The notes: generated by a model not told the origin, from the sequence alone. DNA of 64,000 nucleotides from Octopus vulgaris (GCA_951406725.2 OX597814.1:72664001-72728000), one strand, 5' to 3'; positions 1-14,412 are shown, numbered from the stretch's first letter. Program-made: numbers and translations.

Positions 1-265
1 CTGCATTTATAAAAACGTTGTGCCATTGCAAAATTTTTGTAGAGCTGTGATGTTTTCTACTGTAACATGACATCTTGGTGTAGTTTTATTCACAAGGAAT
101 TTACTAACTACTATTCCTGAAGAGATAGCCTTCTACTGCTTATATTGAATGTCAAAGATGGGCTACTTTTTTTCTTGATGCAATTTTGTAACCCTGCCAG
201 TGACAGTAAATATCAAAAGACATAATCTAATAGGCTACAGTTGAAGTTGCCAAACAAATAAACCA

Positions 266-475
266 TTCATCATCATCATTATCATTTAATGCTCATCATG
301 CCTAGTTCCTGTCAAACCATCTAACCCTTGCTGGCATGAGTTGGATGGTTTGACAAGAGCCTGGCAAGCTAGGGAGTTACACCAAGACCTATTGTCTGCT
401 TTGGCATGGTCTCTATGGCTGGATGTCCTTCCTAACACCAACCACTTTACTGAGTGTACTAGATGTGTTTTATGT
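266..475 (-). mobile_element. 3' end fragment of (CAT)n-tailed RTE-type LINE
   Basis: (cat)n tail, then sequence homologous to the 3' UTR of the RTE copies at 22805-24145 and 37287-39868 (ctggatgtccttcctaacaccaaccac). Confidence 0.7.
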
Positions 476-989
476 GGTTTGTGTAAATTAAACCTAAAAA
501 TAAATTTTATTTCCAAAAAATATATAGTCATATTTTTATTTATTCACAACACTCGATGCCTATAGCTTCATAGCATCAGAATAACAAATTTATTTGGGAT
601 AATAATTGCAACATCAGGCTAAGAATTTCCAGTACGAGTGGCTTAGTTGATGTATGGTTGGGGTAAACATTTATGTACTGAAGATGCTGTAACAACCCAC
701 TTCTGAATGCAGAAGTCAATGTCTCATCTGGTGACAAAGTAACTCTGTGAATTTCAAACACTGTGACACCAGAGCCTCCTAATGATGTAGGCAACAAAAC
801 ACTAAAGCAGATGTAGACCATGTCAGATGTAGACCATGTCAGTCATCATCTCTCTTGAACCTGATGTCATGACTCACTTTTCCTACAGCTTCTGACAGTT
901 CCTTTTTAAGATGTTTTCTTTCTTTGCAGCTTGTCCAATGTTACTAAGCAGTGAGTAAAACCTGGTTCCAGTAAACCTTTTCTGATACC

Positions 990-1480
990 TATCTCCATGA
1001 AATTTGTTACCACCCAGCCATTATTTTATACAGAGTTCAACCAACAACATGTACCTTGTGCCTTCCCTAATGATTGGCCTGCCAGAAGATTGTCAGCTCA
1101 GCCATTTTAACCAATTTTCTTCCTTGCATCATATAATTAACTTAATTGTTTTTGGTGGCAAAAGAGGAAGCGATATTCCTGTTAAGATCCCAAAGCCCCT
1201 TCTACTTTTGATTGTTCTTTTCTCTTAGAGAATGGCCTACACTTTTCATCTTCCCTACAGAACCTTATCTTTCCTGTCTTTACTACTTTTTTCACCATTA
1301 CTAATTCTGTTTAGCCTCTCCTCCATTACATCAACCAGTGCTTTAAGCATTTGATTATGCCACCTTATATATATGTACTGCATTCCTGAGTAATTTGAGA
1401 GTATATGCTTCCGTGTTCCAATCTTGCTGCAACAATATAGACTACTCCCCTAAATGTTCCAATGTCTTAGGTTTGCTGGT
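990..1480 (-). pseudogene. Degenerate RLE-type non-LTR retrotransposon fragment (HERO/R2-group-like)
   Basis: Broken minus-strand frames read TLEHL...WHNQMLKALVDVM...LLVEL, resembling the zinc-knuckle/RHN/restriction-like endonuclease region. Confidence 0.35.
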
Positions 1481-1895
1481 CTAAAAATATGTCACAGTCA
1501 AAGCAAACCAGAAAATGGATTCTGACTGTCTTCCATGATCAGAGTCTTTCTATTCTATTTTCCCTTTAGCTATAAACACCGTCATATTGGCTACATTACA
1601 CCCAATACACATAGTCGATGTATATTTGCTGTTGGATAAGTATAATTTATGCATACTAAAAGGAAAGTTTCTGTATAGCCATTCCCATGAGGTTTAAAAG
1701 AACTGAAAAGCATATCATAACCACTAGTAATTGTAATTTTATGCGCAAGTTATTTGATGCCTTCATAAATAGAATCACAAAGTTCACTAGTTACAGGGGA
1801 GTGGGGTTTACATCCAAACTTTGTTCATGAAAGTTAGTTGTAATATTTTCTATTGAAAAAGTATTTTTTCTTTATTACGCAGTTATACTTTAAAG

Positions 1896-3823
1896 CAGTG
1901 ATTCCCAACAAGGTCCCTGGGGCCCACCGGTGGTCCCCAGAGAATTTGTAGCCATAAAAAAAAATTGAGGCCATTTCAGATCTACACAATATTGTTCGAT
2001 AATAAAGACACTTTTAGTTAATAATAATTTATATGAGGACGGAATAATAATAAGAAAACAAAATTCAATAATTATTCCATAAGAACCAATAATGTATAAT
2101 ATATAATCAATAATATATTACAATCAAGAATTACATGATTTAAATTTTACAATCACAACAGTTTCATAATAAATTAAATATTTTTAATAGATCACTAGAC
2201 AATATTGTTTAATAATAAATTTGATACTTTTAATGTATAGAATTAAAGTATTCATTACTTTTATTCTTTTAAAGATCAGTTGTAATAATGTCTGAACCAA
2301 TTTCTAAAAAGGCAAAACTGAGGAACTACAAAGAAGATTTTATCATGTTTGGTTTTGTATCTGTAAACTCAAAACCTATGTGATGCCATCATGACAAATC
2401 ATTCCATGAAGAAAGTTAAGCTGAAACATCACCAGAAATTAAGGCATCCATCATCTGTTGGTAAAGATAGGGAATATTTTAAGAATAAAAAGAATATACA
2501 GCTAATCAAACTATCCGACTGAAAAAGCAGACACTCAAACCAAGTTATTTGGTCTCTGAAATTATTGTCAAGGTTGCAGCACCTCAGATTTATGGTGAGA
2601 AACTTGTCAAGCCTGCTATGATAGCTTGTGCAAATGAGGTTCTAGGAAAAGATGCTGCATCTACTCTGAGTACAAGTCCACTTTCAGGAAACAGGATGAA
2701 ATGTCTAATTTTGCTGAGGAGAAGATTGTGGAAATTCTCCAAAAGAAAAATTTTTCTTTCCAGGTTGATGACAGCACAATTCATAACCAAGCTAACCTTC
2801 TTGTCTATATCAGATTCATCCATGAAGATGATATAAGGGAAGAAATGTTATTCATTAAAAGTTTGTCTGAAACTACTAATGAAGAAGACATATTCAACGA
2901 AGTAATGCACTATTTTAATGATAAAAATATTCCATTGACTAATTTGATTAACATTGCATCAGATGGAGCTGCAGCCATGACTGGAAAAGTGAAAGGCTTT
3001 GTTTCTAGTATGAAATCAGTTGCTCCTCACATTTTTTTATATACATTGCATTATCCACAAACAGCATTTAGTTGCTAAGAATATTGGAGGACACATGGAA
3101 GAAGCACTCAACACTGCCATACATGCAATTAACTTTGTCAAATCAAACTCAATGAATAATAGATTTTTTATACAATTCTGCGAAGATGAAGATTTTAAAA
3201 TCCTATTGCTTCACACAAAAGTAAGATGGTTGTCAAAAGACTGAGCCTTGAAAGATTAGTGAATTTGTGGGAATCATTAATCAACTTTCTCATGTTCAAG
3301 AGCCAGATGACTCCAAGAAGCAAGCTGATACAACTAAGAAAATTTTGGAAAGACTTTCTGAGAGTAAATCAAAAATATTCTACTTGAGTGATATTTTTAA
3401 AACAGTGAATCTGCTTAACTTAAAGCTACAAGGTAGAAAACCAGATTTCTGGTTCTCAGAAGATAAAAGGGTATATGGAGAAATTAAAATTTTAGAAAAA
3501 ACAGTTTAAAAAAAAAAAATTGGCATCATTTCAAAATTTTAACACCACTCTTCCTGCATCAGCTTGAGCTAGTCACCAGCTGAATGGACTAAAAATGAAC
3601 GACTTTATGAAAAATGATTTTGATATCTTGTTTACTAAAATAAATTATAAATTTTATCTTTTGTTTGTTAAAATAAATTTTAAAGTGTAAATAGACTATT
3701 TTGTCTTTTCATTATGTATTTTAGCATGAAAATAGAACAGCATAAAGTAAAAGTAGAAGTGGTTCCTAGAACTTTTTTCAAGTAAGAAATGGTCCCTGGG
3801 CTGAAAAAGGTTGGGAACCACTG
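1896..3823 (+). mobile_element. hAT (Charlie/Buster-like) DNA transposon with fragmented transposase
   Basis: TIRs cagtgattcccaac / gttgggaaccactg. 8-bp TSD ctttaaag (right copy split by a MITE). ORF pieces 2549-3509 carry FSFQVDDST, SDGAAAMTG, HCIIHKQHL and VRWLS motifs. Confidence 0.92.
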
Positions 3824-3829
3824 CTTTAA

Positions 3830-4049
3830 CCCTTTAGCATTCAAACCGGCCATATCCAGCCAAAATATTTAACCTGTTTTATATTGAAACTGACCAGATC
3901 CCACCTCTCACCTCAGCCCTACCATGTCATTCTAAAACTAAAACATCACATCACAGAAATATCTAAACTATAAGATAATGCATGATTAATTCAAAACAAT
4001 ATAAATAAACAAACATCACATTTGATAGAATAATCTGAACACTAAAGGG
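3830..4049. mobile_element. TTAA-targeting (piggyBac-like) MITE
   Basis: TIRs ccctttagcattca / tgaacactaaaggg, flanked by ttaa / ctaa. Inserted into the hAT TSD. Confidence 0.75.
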
Positions 4050-5185
4050 CTAAAGCATGAACAAGGCTGTGAATACACTAACATTTCTGTTGGCATTACA
4101 CATGATCTACTAGCTTCTTTATATTCCTGGTAGCAAATTAATTTCACCTAGGTTTACCCTTTTATTCATGTCTTGTTGAACATTTTCTATTTATAAAGAT
4201 ACATGTATCAAAGGTTACATTGGTATTGTGAAAATGATTTGAAAGTTATAATTTTCCATTTCTTGTCTTTTTTTAAATCTAGGGAAAGAAATCAATATTT
4301 TAATATATGTTCAAACAAAATGATGTGTCAGTAATAACTTGATTTAAAACATTTATATATTGTGCAGAAGTTTAAGAAGATGCTTCTCACTCAGACCACA
4401 TAAATATATTTACAACACAACTTGTATTTTAGTGACTTAACCACAGATATCATCCAGTGACACTTTGACATTTAAGTGAAATATTTCAAATACTACAAGT
4501 CAATGTTGCCTACTGAGTTAACTAGGATCAGCTCATGTTAATAAGGAAATCTTTATGTCATTGTTAACTATTAAATATATCAGCCAAACAGCCCTCAAAT
4601 CTTGAGAAAAGAAAAGACACATTAGCTAATTGTAGTTCCATGCACGCTCCTTAAAAATCCCAGTTGGTCATGACTGGAATGGCTTTGATCATAGAGCTGT
4701 TTGATCAAGATTGAAATGGGGCTAAAGAACAGTGACACCTAGGATGAGGTGAGGGGGTTGTGATGATTGAAAAGTGGGGCTGACAAATTGCCTAGTTTAA
4801 TATAAATGTTTTTAAACTTTTTAAACCTGTCCAACATGAAAGAAAGAAGAATGATGTGGATGCTAAATATTTTGTTCTCATTAATAAAGGTGTGGGGAGT
4901 AATTTTCCCTAATATTTCTTCTTTTTTTTATTATTATGGAGATGGAGCTAATATTTGTCAGCTCAGAGCTACTGACCAAGAATGCTATCGCTTTAATTTT
5001 CGTTTTAACAGCTAACAGTTGTTTATTTCTGGGCTGGATTAGTATATCAAAACACAGTTTACTGAAAGGCATGTATTGGAATCTTAGTTGCAGCCTCTTA
5101 TTTACCTGTGAACAGATTGTGATGATTAATGAGTACTGATGATTTTTATTATATTGCCTGAAAGTAACACTTTTCAACAACCCAC

Positions 5186-5225
<40 letters not shown>

Positions 5226-5544
5226 GTGATCATAACATCATATATGTTAAAAAACAGAAAGGAAGAACCTTGCCCACTTATTTCAAATCTTCCTTGACAA
5301 AGAGAGTATAGACAATGCTTTTCTGTTTGCTTGTATATTTGTTGGTTTTTCTCAATCCTTATGTTAACTTAAAAATATAGCTAACTCACTACCATTAAAG
5401 TGAAGATTTTATAAACTGATAAGTCTACTTGTTAGTGGTGACATGAAAGATGATAGTTAGTTTGTGTAACTTAATGTTGTTGTTGACATTGATTTCTAGT
5501 TGCTTTCAAAATCCAACACCTGCTATCCTGTTGAGTTTCTAGAA

Positions 5545-5910
5545 AGTTTACTTCCCAACCATATGGTTTCAGGTTCAATCCTACTGTGTGGCATTTTGGG
5601 TAAGCGTCTTCTACCATAGCCTTGGACCAATCAAATAAATCCTTGCGAGTGAATTTTATAGACAGAAAATGAAAAAATGCATGTTATATATATATATGTA
5701 TATATCTATTTGTGTGTGTGTGTGTGTCTTTGTGTTTGCTTATCTCTTCCACTATCACTTGTCGATGGTGTTGGCTTGTTTGTGTCCCATAACTTAGAGG
5801 TTCAGCAAAAAGTGACTAAGGTTGATTCATCTGATTAAAACCTTCAAGGCAGTGCTCCAGTATGGCTGTAGTTAAATGACTGAAGTAAGTAAAAAAAAAG
5901 TTAAAAGATG
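5545..5910 (+). mobile_element. tRNA-derived SINE, diverged
   Basis: Homologous to the SINE at 24328-24703 (ggttcaatcctactgtgtggc head; gctccagtatggctgtagttaaatgactgaagtaagtaaaa tail). Confidence 0.8.
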
Positions 5911-6949
5911 AATGACCCAACAATATGTAAACCTCGTCTGCAAATGGTTTTCTGTATCTTCCACTTGGGATTTTAGAAATTATCCATAATCCTATCTTGA
6001 ACATCCTGTATAAACATTCTCAAGACACACACAATACTTTACGGGACATTGTGATTTATATCCTTCCTCATCTTTCTTTCGAATGCAGTGATGGACAAAC
6101 AACTCAGAGCATTTGTTTAGATGTCAGTTACCCTCAGTCTATGCTGGACCAACAATGCAACATCAGTCAAATATGCAAACAGTGGAAGAAAGTATGTTTT
6201 GGAAATAACAAAAGCAGACCATAGCATCCCTGAATCTGCAGATGTCCTTGCCTCAATTCATATTTGCACATCCTCTATGGTACCCTAAGATCTATCCTCC
6301 CCAAATTAGTATTAACACTGCTTTGGGTGAATGAATCTGGATCCAGGCTAACAGAGAGAGAGAGAGCAATGTTTGTAATAAGTCAAAAGGTATACAAGTA
6401 ATTGTATGCTGAAAAACTTAGTCATGCTGATGGCTATCAAATCTTTCCAATTGGTGCCAGTTTAGATGTGCTAGAGAATTGCCAAGTTGTCTACATTGGC
6501 TGTCACAGTTATTTATTGCAAGTGGCACCAGTCAGCGATGGCAGTGGCTTGTATTGAAAGATGGCAATCGTTGAAGCAGTTGAAAAGTGACCAGATCAGC
6601 TCTGGAAATTACAGTTCTTCTACAGGTTTAACTACAGAAGCCTTGTTACGTTTTTTATTTCCTGTAAGCCATCAATTTTAGTCATCTTTGATCCAATGAC
6701 AGTGAATAGCAAACATCCCCATCATCATCTGTGAACTCATGGACTAGATCCAAAGACCATTCAGATGTAGTGATGGATGTATGTAAAATGGAAAGGGACA
6801 GAATTGACATCAACTGATGACTTTGCATTTATCTACACTTCACCTTTCCTGGCAAGAATCTCCCTACTGTCAGGGGAAATGTCACTAAACACTTCACATG
6901 TCTACATGGAATTGGATAACATGCATCCATCACGATATGTCAAAGATCA

Positions 6950-7330
6950 AATTGTAGCTTTGGCTCTATTTCATACCTTTGCTGCCATGGCTTATTGGAT
7001 CTATTTTGCAATTTTGTATCTATGAGCACACTAGCTTGAACAGTGCAGTCAGCATTTTACATCAAATAAATGAATGCCATTTTGGTCCTTAGCACTCAAG
7101 TCTGTTACCTTTCTTAATATATCTTCTAGTTTACTCACCAAATTGTTGTTTTGTATTATTACATCCATGATAAATTTTATCAACTCTGATCTTTCTCTAT
7201 TTGAACACCTACTACCCATGTTGATGTTTGTTCCTTTCAGTTCTTGTCTAACCCACTCATTAATACAGCCTCTGTGCAATTTTTTTCTTCTTTTTTTTCT
7301 ACAAGGTATGACACACTTGGCAACCAGTAA
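6950..7330 (-). pseudogene. Possible decayed DNA-transposase N-terminal region
   Basis: Reads ...KLEDILRK...HLFDVKC*LHCSS*C..., similar in style to the fragment at 39870-41400. Superfamily not assignable by eye. Confidence 0.3.
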
Positions 7331-8041
7331 TCAATCCTTTCCCTAAGTCTTATCTAAGTTGACCATGCAGCCCATAAATTAGTGATCTGTATAGCTTACT
7401 ATTCGAAACTGTGTACATCCTACACCTTCTAACCCAACTAAAAAGCTATCTAAAAACGTCTGACCCTAAATGGCCTGCCCATAAGTCTACAAGTTACCTA
7501 GAAAGACATAAGCATGTTCCCAAAAGTAACAACACTAGAGGTCTGTAAGTATTACCTGCACAGTCCCACAAATATTTCTTAACATTTTAAGTATGTTATC
7601 CAAGATAAACTTAATTCTGTTTGATGTAAGAAGGAAAACTCTTAATGTATATCTCAAATCATTTGCATAAAAAAATAAATTTAAACCCTAACTGAAATAA
7701 TCCCCCATAAAAAGTAATTTCATGTTATTAAATCTTCTAACAGCCATTAAAAGAATTGTTTCCATGCTACTTCAGCTCAACTCAAATGTATCAACAATTA
7801 TACTAAGTTGCAACTCTTAATCCTTTTTCTCTTCATCCTTCTTTTCCCCTAAGGTGAAGCCTTGTCTATCATGCTATGTCATTCAATGCTCTGATTTTCT
7901 TTTTATTATCTACAAGATTAATGGTTACTCAAGAAGCTGTAGTCACGCAAGTTCATTCCAGCAATTTTTCTTTGTTCTGTTTTTTATTTTCTTGTATTTT
8001 TTTAGCCTCTTCTCAGATGTCTCCTGTCATGTTTAAAGTGT

Positions 8042-8250
8042 TTATTACCTCTGCCAAGGAAGGCGGTTATGTTTTCATCGGTGTTGGTTTGTCTGTCTGT
8101 CCATCTGTGTGCAAAATAACTCAAAAAGTTGTGAACAGTATTTGATGAAATTTGCAGAAAACGTTGGTAATGACACGAGGAACAGATGATGAAATTTTGG
8201 TAGTGATCTGAGAATTTTTATGGATTCTTGAAGGATTTTTCATTTGTTTC
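8042..8250 (+). mobile_element. HINE/DINE-like Helentron-associated non-autonomous element
   Basis: Start ttattacctctgccaagg..ggttatgttttc, a (tgtc)n tract, then aaaataactcaaaaag and gatgaaattt motifs typical of the class. Confidence 0.6.
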
Positions 8251-8439
8251 TTTACTTTACATGAAGTATTACAATGTTACGTTCTTTGATTATCTCCCTT
8301 GAAAACACGTTCATCGTTTCCACGTAACCTATGGTGGAGTTGCCGTTTCCAAAGTTTATTTTCGTTTCTCTATTAGTAATTTTACTCGCGTATCTATCTT
8401 AAAATGAGCTGTATAATTAATACAGAACAGTTCCTGAAT

Positions 8440-8925
8440 GTGTTGATCATCAATCAGACTGGATGCAATATGTCAATAAATACAATGGTTATTCAAACTT
8501 TTATTTTAAAAGTTTGTGTGATAATTTGTAGAAACAAGAAGGTACACCTTCTGGTGCAAAACCTTTTCTGACAAGTAAAGGCTAGTTTGAAAGCTTTAAG
8601 AGAAAACTTACTTTGCCCCTTAAAATAAAATAACTGGTGAAGCTATCTGTGCTGATAAAGAGATTGCTGCTTATTATCATGGGTAACTGAAGAAAATTAT
8701 TGCTGAAGTTGGCTACTCATCAAAATAAATATACAATGTTGACAAAACTGGGGTTTTCTGGAGGTGCATGGCTCTTGAAAACTTCCAAAAATTGTTTGAT
8801 GGTTCTTATGGAGGGAAATATTGCTGGTGATATCAGGATACCCCTACTTGCATATCACTCTGAAAATCCCATGACTTTCAAGGAACACATTATGTTTAGT
8901 CTTCTTGTGATTAGGTGCTCACATT
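8440..8925 (+). pseudogene. Tigger/pogo transposase remnant
   Basis: Broken frames include KG*FESFKRK and YNVDKTGVFWRCM (pogo YNxDETG motif). Confidence 0.65.
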
Positions 8926-9554
8926 AGAATTTTTTTATGGTAATCATTTACCATAAAAAAATATTAAAAAATTATAATCCAGAAATTATTTAATCCAGTT
9001 ACTGCTTTCAATCAAAAGTAACTTGTCTGGATCTATTCCTTTTAAAGTCCACTGGTCCATCCAAAATGAATCTGAACAAGAAGGTATGAAGTGTGAAATT
9101 GTTGAAATATTTTAGCTATTGACTAGCTTTAACACTCACCAGGTAATTAAGGAACTTTTGTTGCAGATGTGAGCAAAAATAAAGAAAATTAAATAACCTC
9201 CAGAGTTAATTTTGCTTATCTGTTACAGAATTTTGGGTTTGTGGTTATTTGCAAGGGTGGGGTGCTAAGATATGAAGAGATAAATGCACATCTGATACCT
9301 GAACAATTACTAAATTGTTTGTGGTTGAACTTCTTGGCTCTAAACTGAATCCCCTAAATCTTACACGTAAAAAATTATTTTGATTCTTCAAGAGAGATAA
9401 ACTGTTGCTTATCAGAAAGCTCTTGTGATCAGAGAAAAAGCTCTTGTTTATCTTTGGACGGGGGTCAATCTTAAAACTCAATTTCATATTGAGTGTACTG
9501 GTAGGAGTAAAGAGCATATGTCAACTGGGATCTTCAACACTCTGAATACTGTCT

Positions 9555-9755
9555 TTACTCTTTTACTTGTTTCAGTCCTTTGACTGTGGCCATGCTGGAG
9601 CACTGCCTTTAGTCAAGCAAATCGACCCCAGGACTTATTCTTTGTAAGCCTAGTACTTATTCTATCGTTCTCTTTTGCCAAACCACTAAGTGACGGGGAC
9701 ATAAACACACCAGCATCGGTTGTCAAGCAATGCTAGGGGGACAAACACAGACAAA

Positions 9756-9799
<44 letters not shown>

Positions 9800-9910
9800 C
9801 ATATATATGACAGGCTTCTTTCAGTTTCCGTCTACCAAATCCACTCACAAGGCATTGGTCGGCCCGGGGCTATAGCAGAAGACACTTGCCCAAGATGCCA
9901 CGCAGTGGGA
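9555..9910 (-). mobile_element. tRNA-derived SINE
   Basis: Near-identical to 33685-34081, with an internal (CA)n/(TA)n tract. Confidence 0.88.
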
Positions 9911-9994
9911 ATAGTTGATAAAGAGTTTGAATTTCCCTAAAATCTTATCATGATCACATGATAATCTGAAGGTATCAATATTTAATAAAAAGAA

Positions 9995-10108
9995 GGCTGT
10001 GAGTTGGCAGAAACGTTAGTACGCCAGGCAACATGATTAGCAGTATTTCACCTATCTTTACGTTCTGAGTTCAAATTCTGCCAAGGTCGACTTTGCCTTT
10101 CATCCTTA
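9995..10108 (+). mobile_element. 5' fragment of a second SINE family
   Basis: A-box-like tggcagaaacgtt and B-box-like gagttcaaattc, then gtcgactttgcctttcatcc. Confidence 0.55.
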
Positions 10109-10904
10109 TTTCAGCACTTCAACAGCAGCATCTCTAACTCCATTATAGTAACAGATTCATAGAAGAATGCTGCAGTATTGTGCAGTAAAGACAGAGCAAT
10201 ATGAGAAATTAGGATAATGAAACATAGGACACTATGTTTGTTTTTTTTTTAAATCTTATTTATTCCTTGCTGAGTCTCGAAGAAGGATCAGAGCACATGG
10301 CTTTAACAGAGGCTGGTGAGATTGCTACTTTTTAACATTGTATTTAAAATGTTGCAGGTCAAGACTTTCAGGGAAGACCAGAAAAGTTGTGATATTAAAC
10401 CAACATCTGGCATTCCCTGCAGCTAGATTGATGGTGCAAACGTATGTGTGTATAATACAGTTATACACAATAAGTGTCAATATATATTTATATAAATATA
10501 TACACACATTTATAAATATACATGTGTGTGAGAGAATGTGTATATGCATGTGTTAAATTAAGTTTATTGTTTTAAAGTTAATTTAATGATAACAGAGCAT
10601 TTATTCTATCAGGGGATAACTATAGACTGGAAGCAGAATCAAATTTATTATAAAACTCCTATTAACTACAACTTCCATTATCATAGACTGTCAGCTTTTG
10701 ATATAACAAACAAATAAATGAATAGATAAACATACATACACACATGCAACATGCATGCATACATACATACGTATATATAAATAAAAATACACAATATTGT
10801 GGAGACCATAACCATTCATAATATGAAAGTGTACTGACGGAATGACCCTATGAAATCCTGAATAAAATGTAAATATAATAGACCATAGTGATTTGGGACA
10901 GAGA

Positions 10905-12158
10905 AGAAAAACCGAAGTCTTAGTAAATCCTTTCAGGTAGATGGCCCTGCTCAATCTGTAGAAAAGGCATATGTAGAAATTCCATAAGGTGTAAGCTATG
11001 GACATATAAGTGCAGCAATATCAAAGGAAGGTTAACTGGGAAGATAGTTTTTGTGTGTAGCAGATGCACTGGGGCAATAAACACCAAAGATGTACAGAAA
11101 ACAGATTCTATCACATGCCAGGGGGAAAGACTAGAAATAGTTGATAGCTTCTGTTATCTAGGTGACCAAGTCAGTAGTGGTGGGTGGATTTTCTGAGAGC
11201 ATAGCTTCTAGAATAAGAATAGCCTGGGCAAAGTTCAGAGAGCTCCTAACACTGCTGGCAAAAAAGGGCCTTCCACTCAAAGTGAAAGGTAGACTCTATG
11301 ATGCATGTATTTGAACAGCCATGCTACACGGCAGTGAAACATAGGCTGTGACTGCTGAGGACATGCATAGGCTTGAAAGAAATGAAGCTAGTATGCTCTG
11401 CTGGATGTATAATGTCAGTGTGTATACATGACAGTGTAAGCACCATGAGAGAAAAGCTGGACATAGAAGCATCAGATGTGGTGTACAAGAGATACAACTG
11501 TGCTGGTATGGTTGTGTTGCGTATGGATGAGGACAGCTGTGTGAATAAGTGTCACACCCTAACAGTGGAGGGAACCTATGGAAGAGGCAGACCCAGGAAG
11601 ACATGGGATGAGGTGGTGAAGCATGACCTTCAAATGCTGGGCCTCACAGAGGCAATGACAAGCAACTGAGACCTTTGGAGATATGCTGTGCTTGAGAGGA
11701 CCCGGCAAGCCAAGTGAGATCGTAGCCATGGCTGATGCCAGTGTCGTATAACTGGCCTGTTTAAAAAGTACACTTCAATCATCAGGCAATATGCAGTGCT
11801 TGAGAAGACCTGTTGAGTCAAGTGAAATTATAATTATGGCCGATACCAGTGCCACCTGACTTGCTACTGTGCCAGTGGGACATAAAAAGCACCATTCAAG
11901 CATGACTGATGCCAGTACCACCTGACTGGCACCTATGTTGGTGGTACATAAAAAGCACCATTCAAGCATGGTCAATGCCAGTACAACGTGACTGGCTCCT
12001 GTGTTGGTGGCACATAAAAAGCACCCACTACACTCTCGGAGTGGTTGTTATTAGGAAAGACATCCAGCTGGTGTAGCCTCCTGGCTTGTCAGTCTTCAGT
12101 CAAACTATCCAGCTCATGCCGGCATGGAAAGCAGACGTTAAACGATGATGATGATGAA
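10905..12158 (+). mobile_element. 5'-truncated, diverged RTE-type LINE
   Basis: Homologous to 37287-39868: PHD region, GRGRPRKTWDEVVKHDL, short 3' UTR repeats and (gat)n tail. Confidence 0.88.
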
Positions 12159-12159
12159 G

Positions 12160-12620
12160 AGAAACTATGTATAGTAGTAGAAAGCAGCTGCTCAGTGGAT
12201 GTCATCATAAAGCTAAAGATAAGTGAACTATTGAGAAAATTACTGCTATTCTACCAGGATTACAAGTTTAGATTTATACCTGTAATTATTGGGGTACAAA
12301 CTGGCTAAGTACCAATCTTGAGAAATTAGGCTTCTCAAAACCAGAATAGAGAAAGTTACTTGAAAGATTGAATTCATCAATGCATCAATGGAACTGTAAA
12401 AATATGTAAAATTTCCCAAAAGTTTAGCATATAATACATATGCACATGTCTAGACATGCAACTATATGCATGAGAATACATACAGATTTGTATATGCACT
12501 GACTTGAAATACTCTGCACATACACACAACCATGCATAACAATGCTGTTGTTCAAAATTCCGATAGCCTTGGATCTAGGTTAGAAACCATCTCTTTCTCC
12601 ATCAGCAAGAAATCTAGAAA
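12160..12620 (+). mobile_element. R4/Dong-like RLE non-LTR 3' fragment
   Basis: KLCIVVE..C...YKFRFIPVIIG plus a 3' UTR that is an inverted homolog of 13255-13760. Confidence 0.55.
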
Positions 12621-12654
12621 TGAAAACTTTATCACACATAACATGCATACATTC

Positions 12655-12686
<32 letters not shown>

Positions 12687-13254
12687 ACACTGACCTACCT
12701 ACCTACCAACCAACCTACATACATACATACATCTTTAAGGTGGTGCTCCACCATGGCCACAGTGAAATGACTGAAACAAGTAAAATAATACATACAAACA
12801 AACAATTCAATGCTTCATATATTTACGCATTTGTATATAATCTCAAAGTAGGTTAGCATCTATTATTTATGTCAACTAAGTTGGGTCGCATGAAGTTTAA
12901 TTTGTGTTTCTATCTTACCTTAAAGTAACAGCACACAACAGAGTTGCTATTGTCCTCATTCCAATAATAAGTAATTCTTTTGCGTTTTCCTCCTCCTCCC
13001 ACTTTGTAGTCAGTATTTAAAAACCTGTTGGGTAGGTTTACATTGTAAACTTTTTGTGTCACCATGTTTTTTAATTTTTCCTTCTCCAGTTGACAGTGCA
13101 GTGTGTATGTGTGTGTGTAAATATGTATGCATATATATGCATGTACACATACACACACATATGTATATGTATGCATGTGTATATATATATATGTGTATGT
13201 ATGTATATGTATGTATGTATATGTATGTATGCATGTATGTATGTCAGTGTTCAA

Positions 13255-14070
13255 TTTTATTTTAAGATTTCTTGCCAATAGAGAAGGAGCTGGTTTCAAA
13301 TCTAGATCCTAGGCTCCTTTACTGGAATTTCAACAATATCAGCTGGGTATTTTTGCATGTGTGTGTGTGTATATATGTGTAGTAACAGGAATCAGTACAA
13401 ATGCAGATTTGTGTGTCTTGTTTTATGTATGTATTCTCATGCATACAGTTGCATCTCTAGACATGCACATATATACTACACTTCAGGAAAGCTTTACAAA
13501 TTTTACAGCTCCGTTGATGGCTTGGATCAGTTTTCTCCTTTGTGATTTTGAAAAGCCTAATTTCTCAAGATTGGTGCTTAGGCAATGTGTTATATATCCT
13601 AATAATTACAGGTATAAACCTGAACTTATAATCTGAGTAGAGTAACTGCAGATTTCTCAAGAATTCAGCATAAGTATTTTTTTTGTTTTTGTTATGTTAA
13701 CAACCATTGGACAGTTGATTTCCACAATTGTATACAGTTTCTCTTCTCTGTTCCAAAATCATTATGTCAGGTCTATTATGTTTACATTTAATTGAGGTTT
13801 TCACAGGGACATTCCACCAGTACTCCTGACTATGGCCTCTACCATATTGTGGGTTCTTATTTCTTTGGCTCTGGGATTATCCTTCTAACAGATCTCATTA
13901 TACAGTGTTTTGACTACAACATCAGGTCTTATTGGTAGATAATAGCATGAGGACATTTTTGGACAACTGCTTATGATGTGGGTGACATCTTTGGTGTCAA
14001 TTCCACAAAGTCTGCACAGGTTATCACATTTTAGTGTTTTTCCTGTGTCTCTGTCCCTTTTGTGCTTAAA
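13255..14070 (-). mobile_element. R4/Dong-like RLE non-LTR 3' fragment
   Basis: CRLC...THIISSC zinc knuckle (ORF 13885-14073), then WWNVPV...HNRPDIMI...IVEINCP restriction-like endonuclease motifs. Confidence 0.7.
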
Positions 14071-14084
14071 CAAACCTTATTCAG

Positions 14085-14359
14085 GGACCTTTGAGCAGGA
14101 TGGGTTATTCAAAGAAAATTCTAATTGAGCCCCTTCTGTAAAGTCAAGTGCTGTTTATCTTGATATGAGATCACCATGTTGTGCACATATGATTGTGATG
14201 CATGTGCCTGGAGTACTCTTATAAGACAGATAGTCATGATGGGTATATTGGGCTTCGTATATTTGTACCCCAGTGTAACTTTGATGGCATGCACAGCTCT
14301 TTTATTCAATAATAATAATAATAATACTAATGATAATAATAATAATAATAATAATAATG

Positions 14360-14412
<53 letters not shown>
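14085..14412 (+). mobile_element. Retroposon 3' end with (AAT)n tail
   Basis: Unique sequence ending in a long (aat)n tract at 14308-14412. Confidence 0.45.

Noticed and set aside
9245-9517. 90-aa minus-strand ORF in unique sequence
   Set aside because: No motifs or splice support, and the length is compatible with chance.
13280-13350. GAAAcc-containing hairpin in the R4-like 3' UTR
   Set aside because: No CTGANGA core in the correct position.
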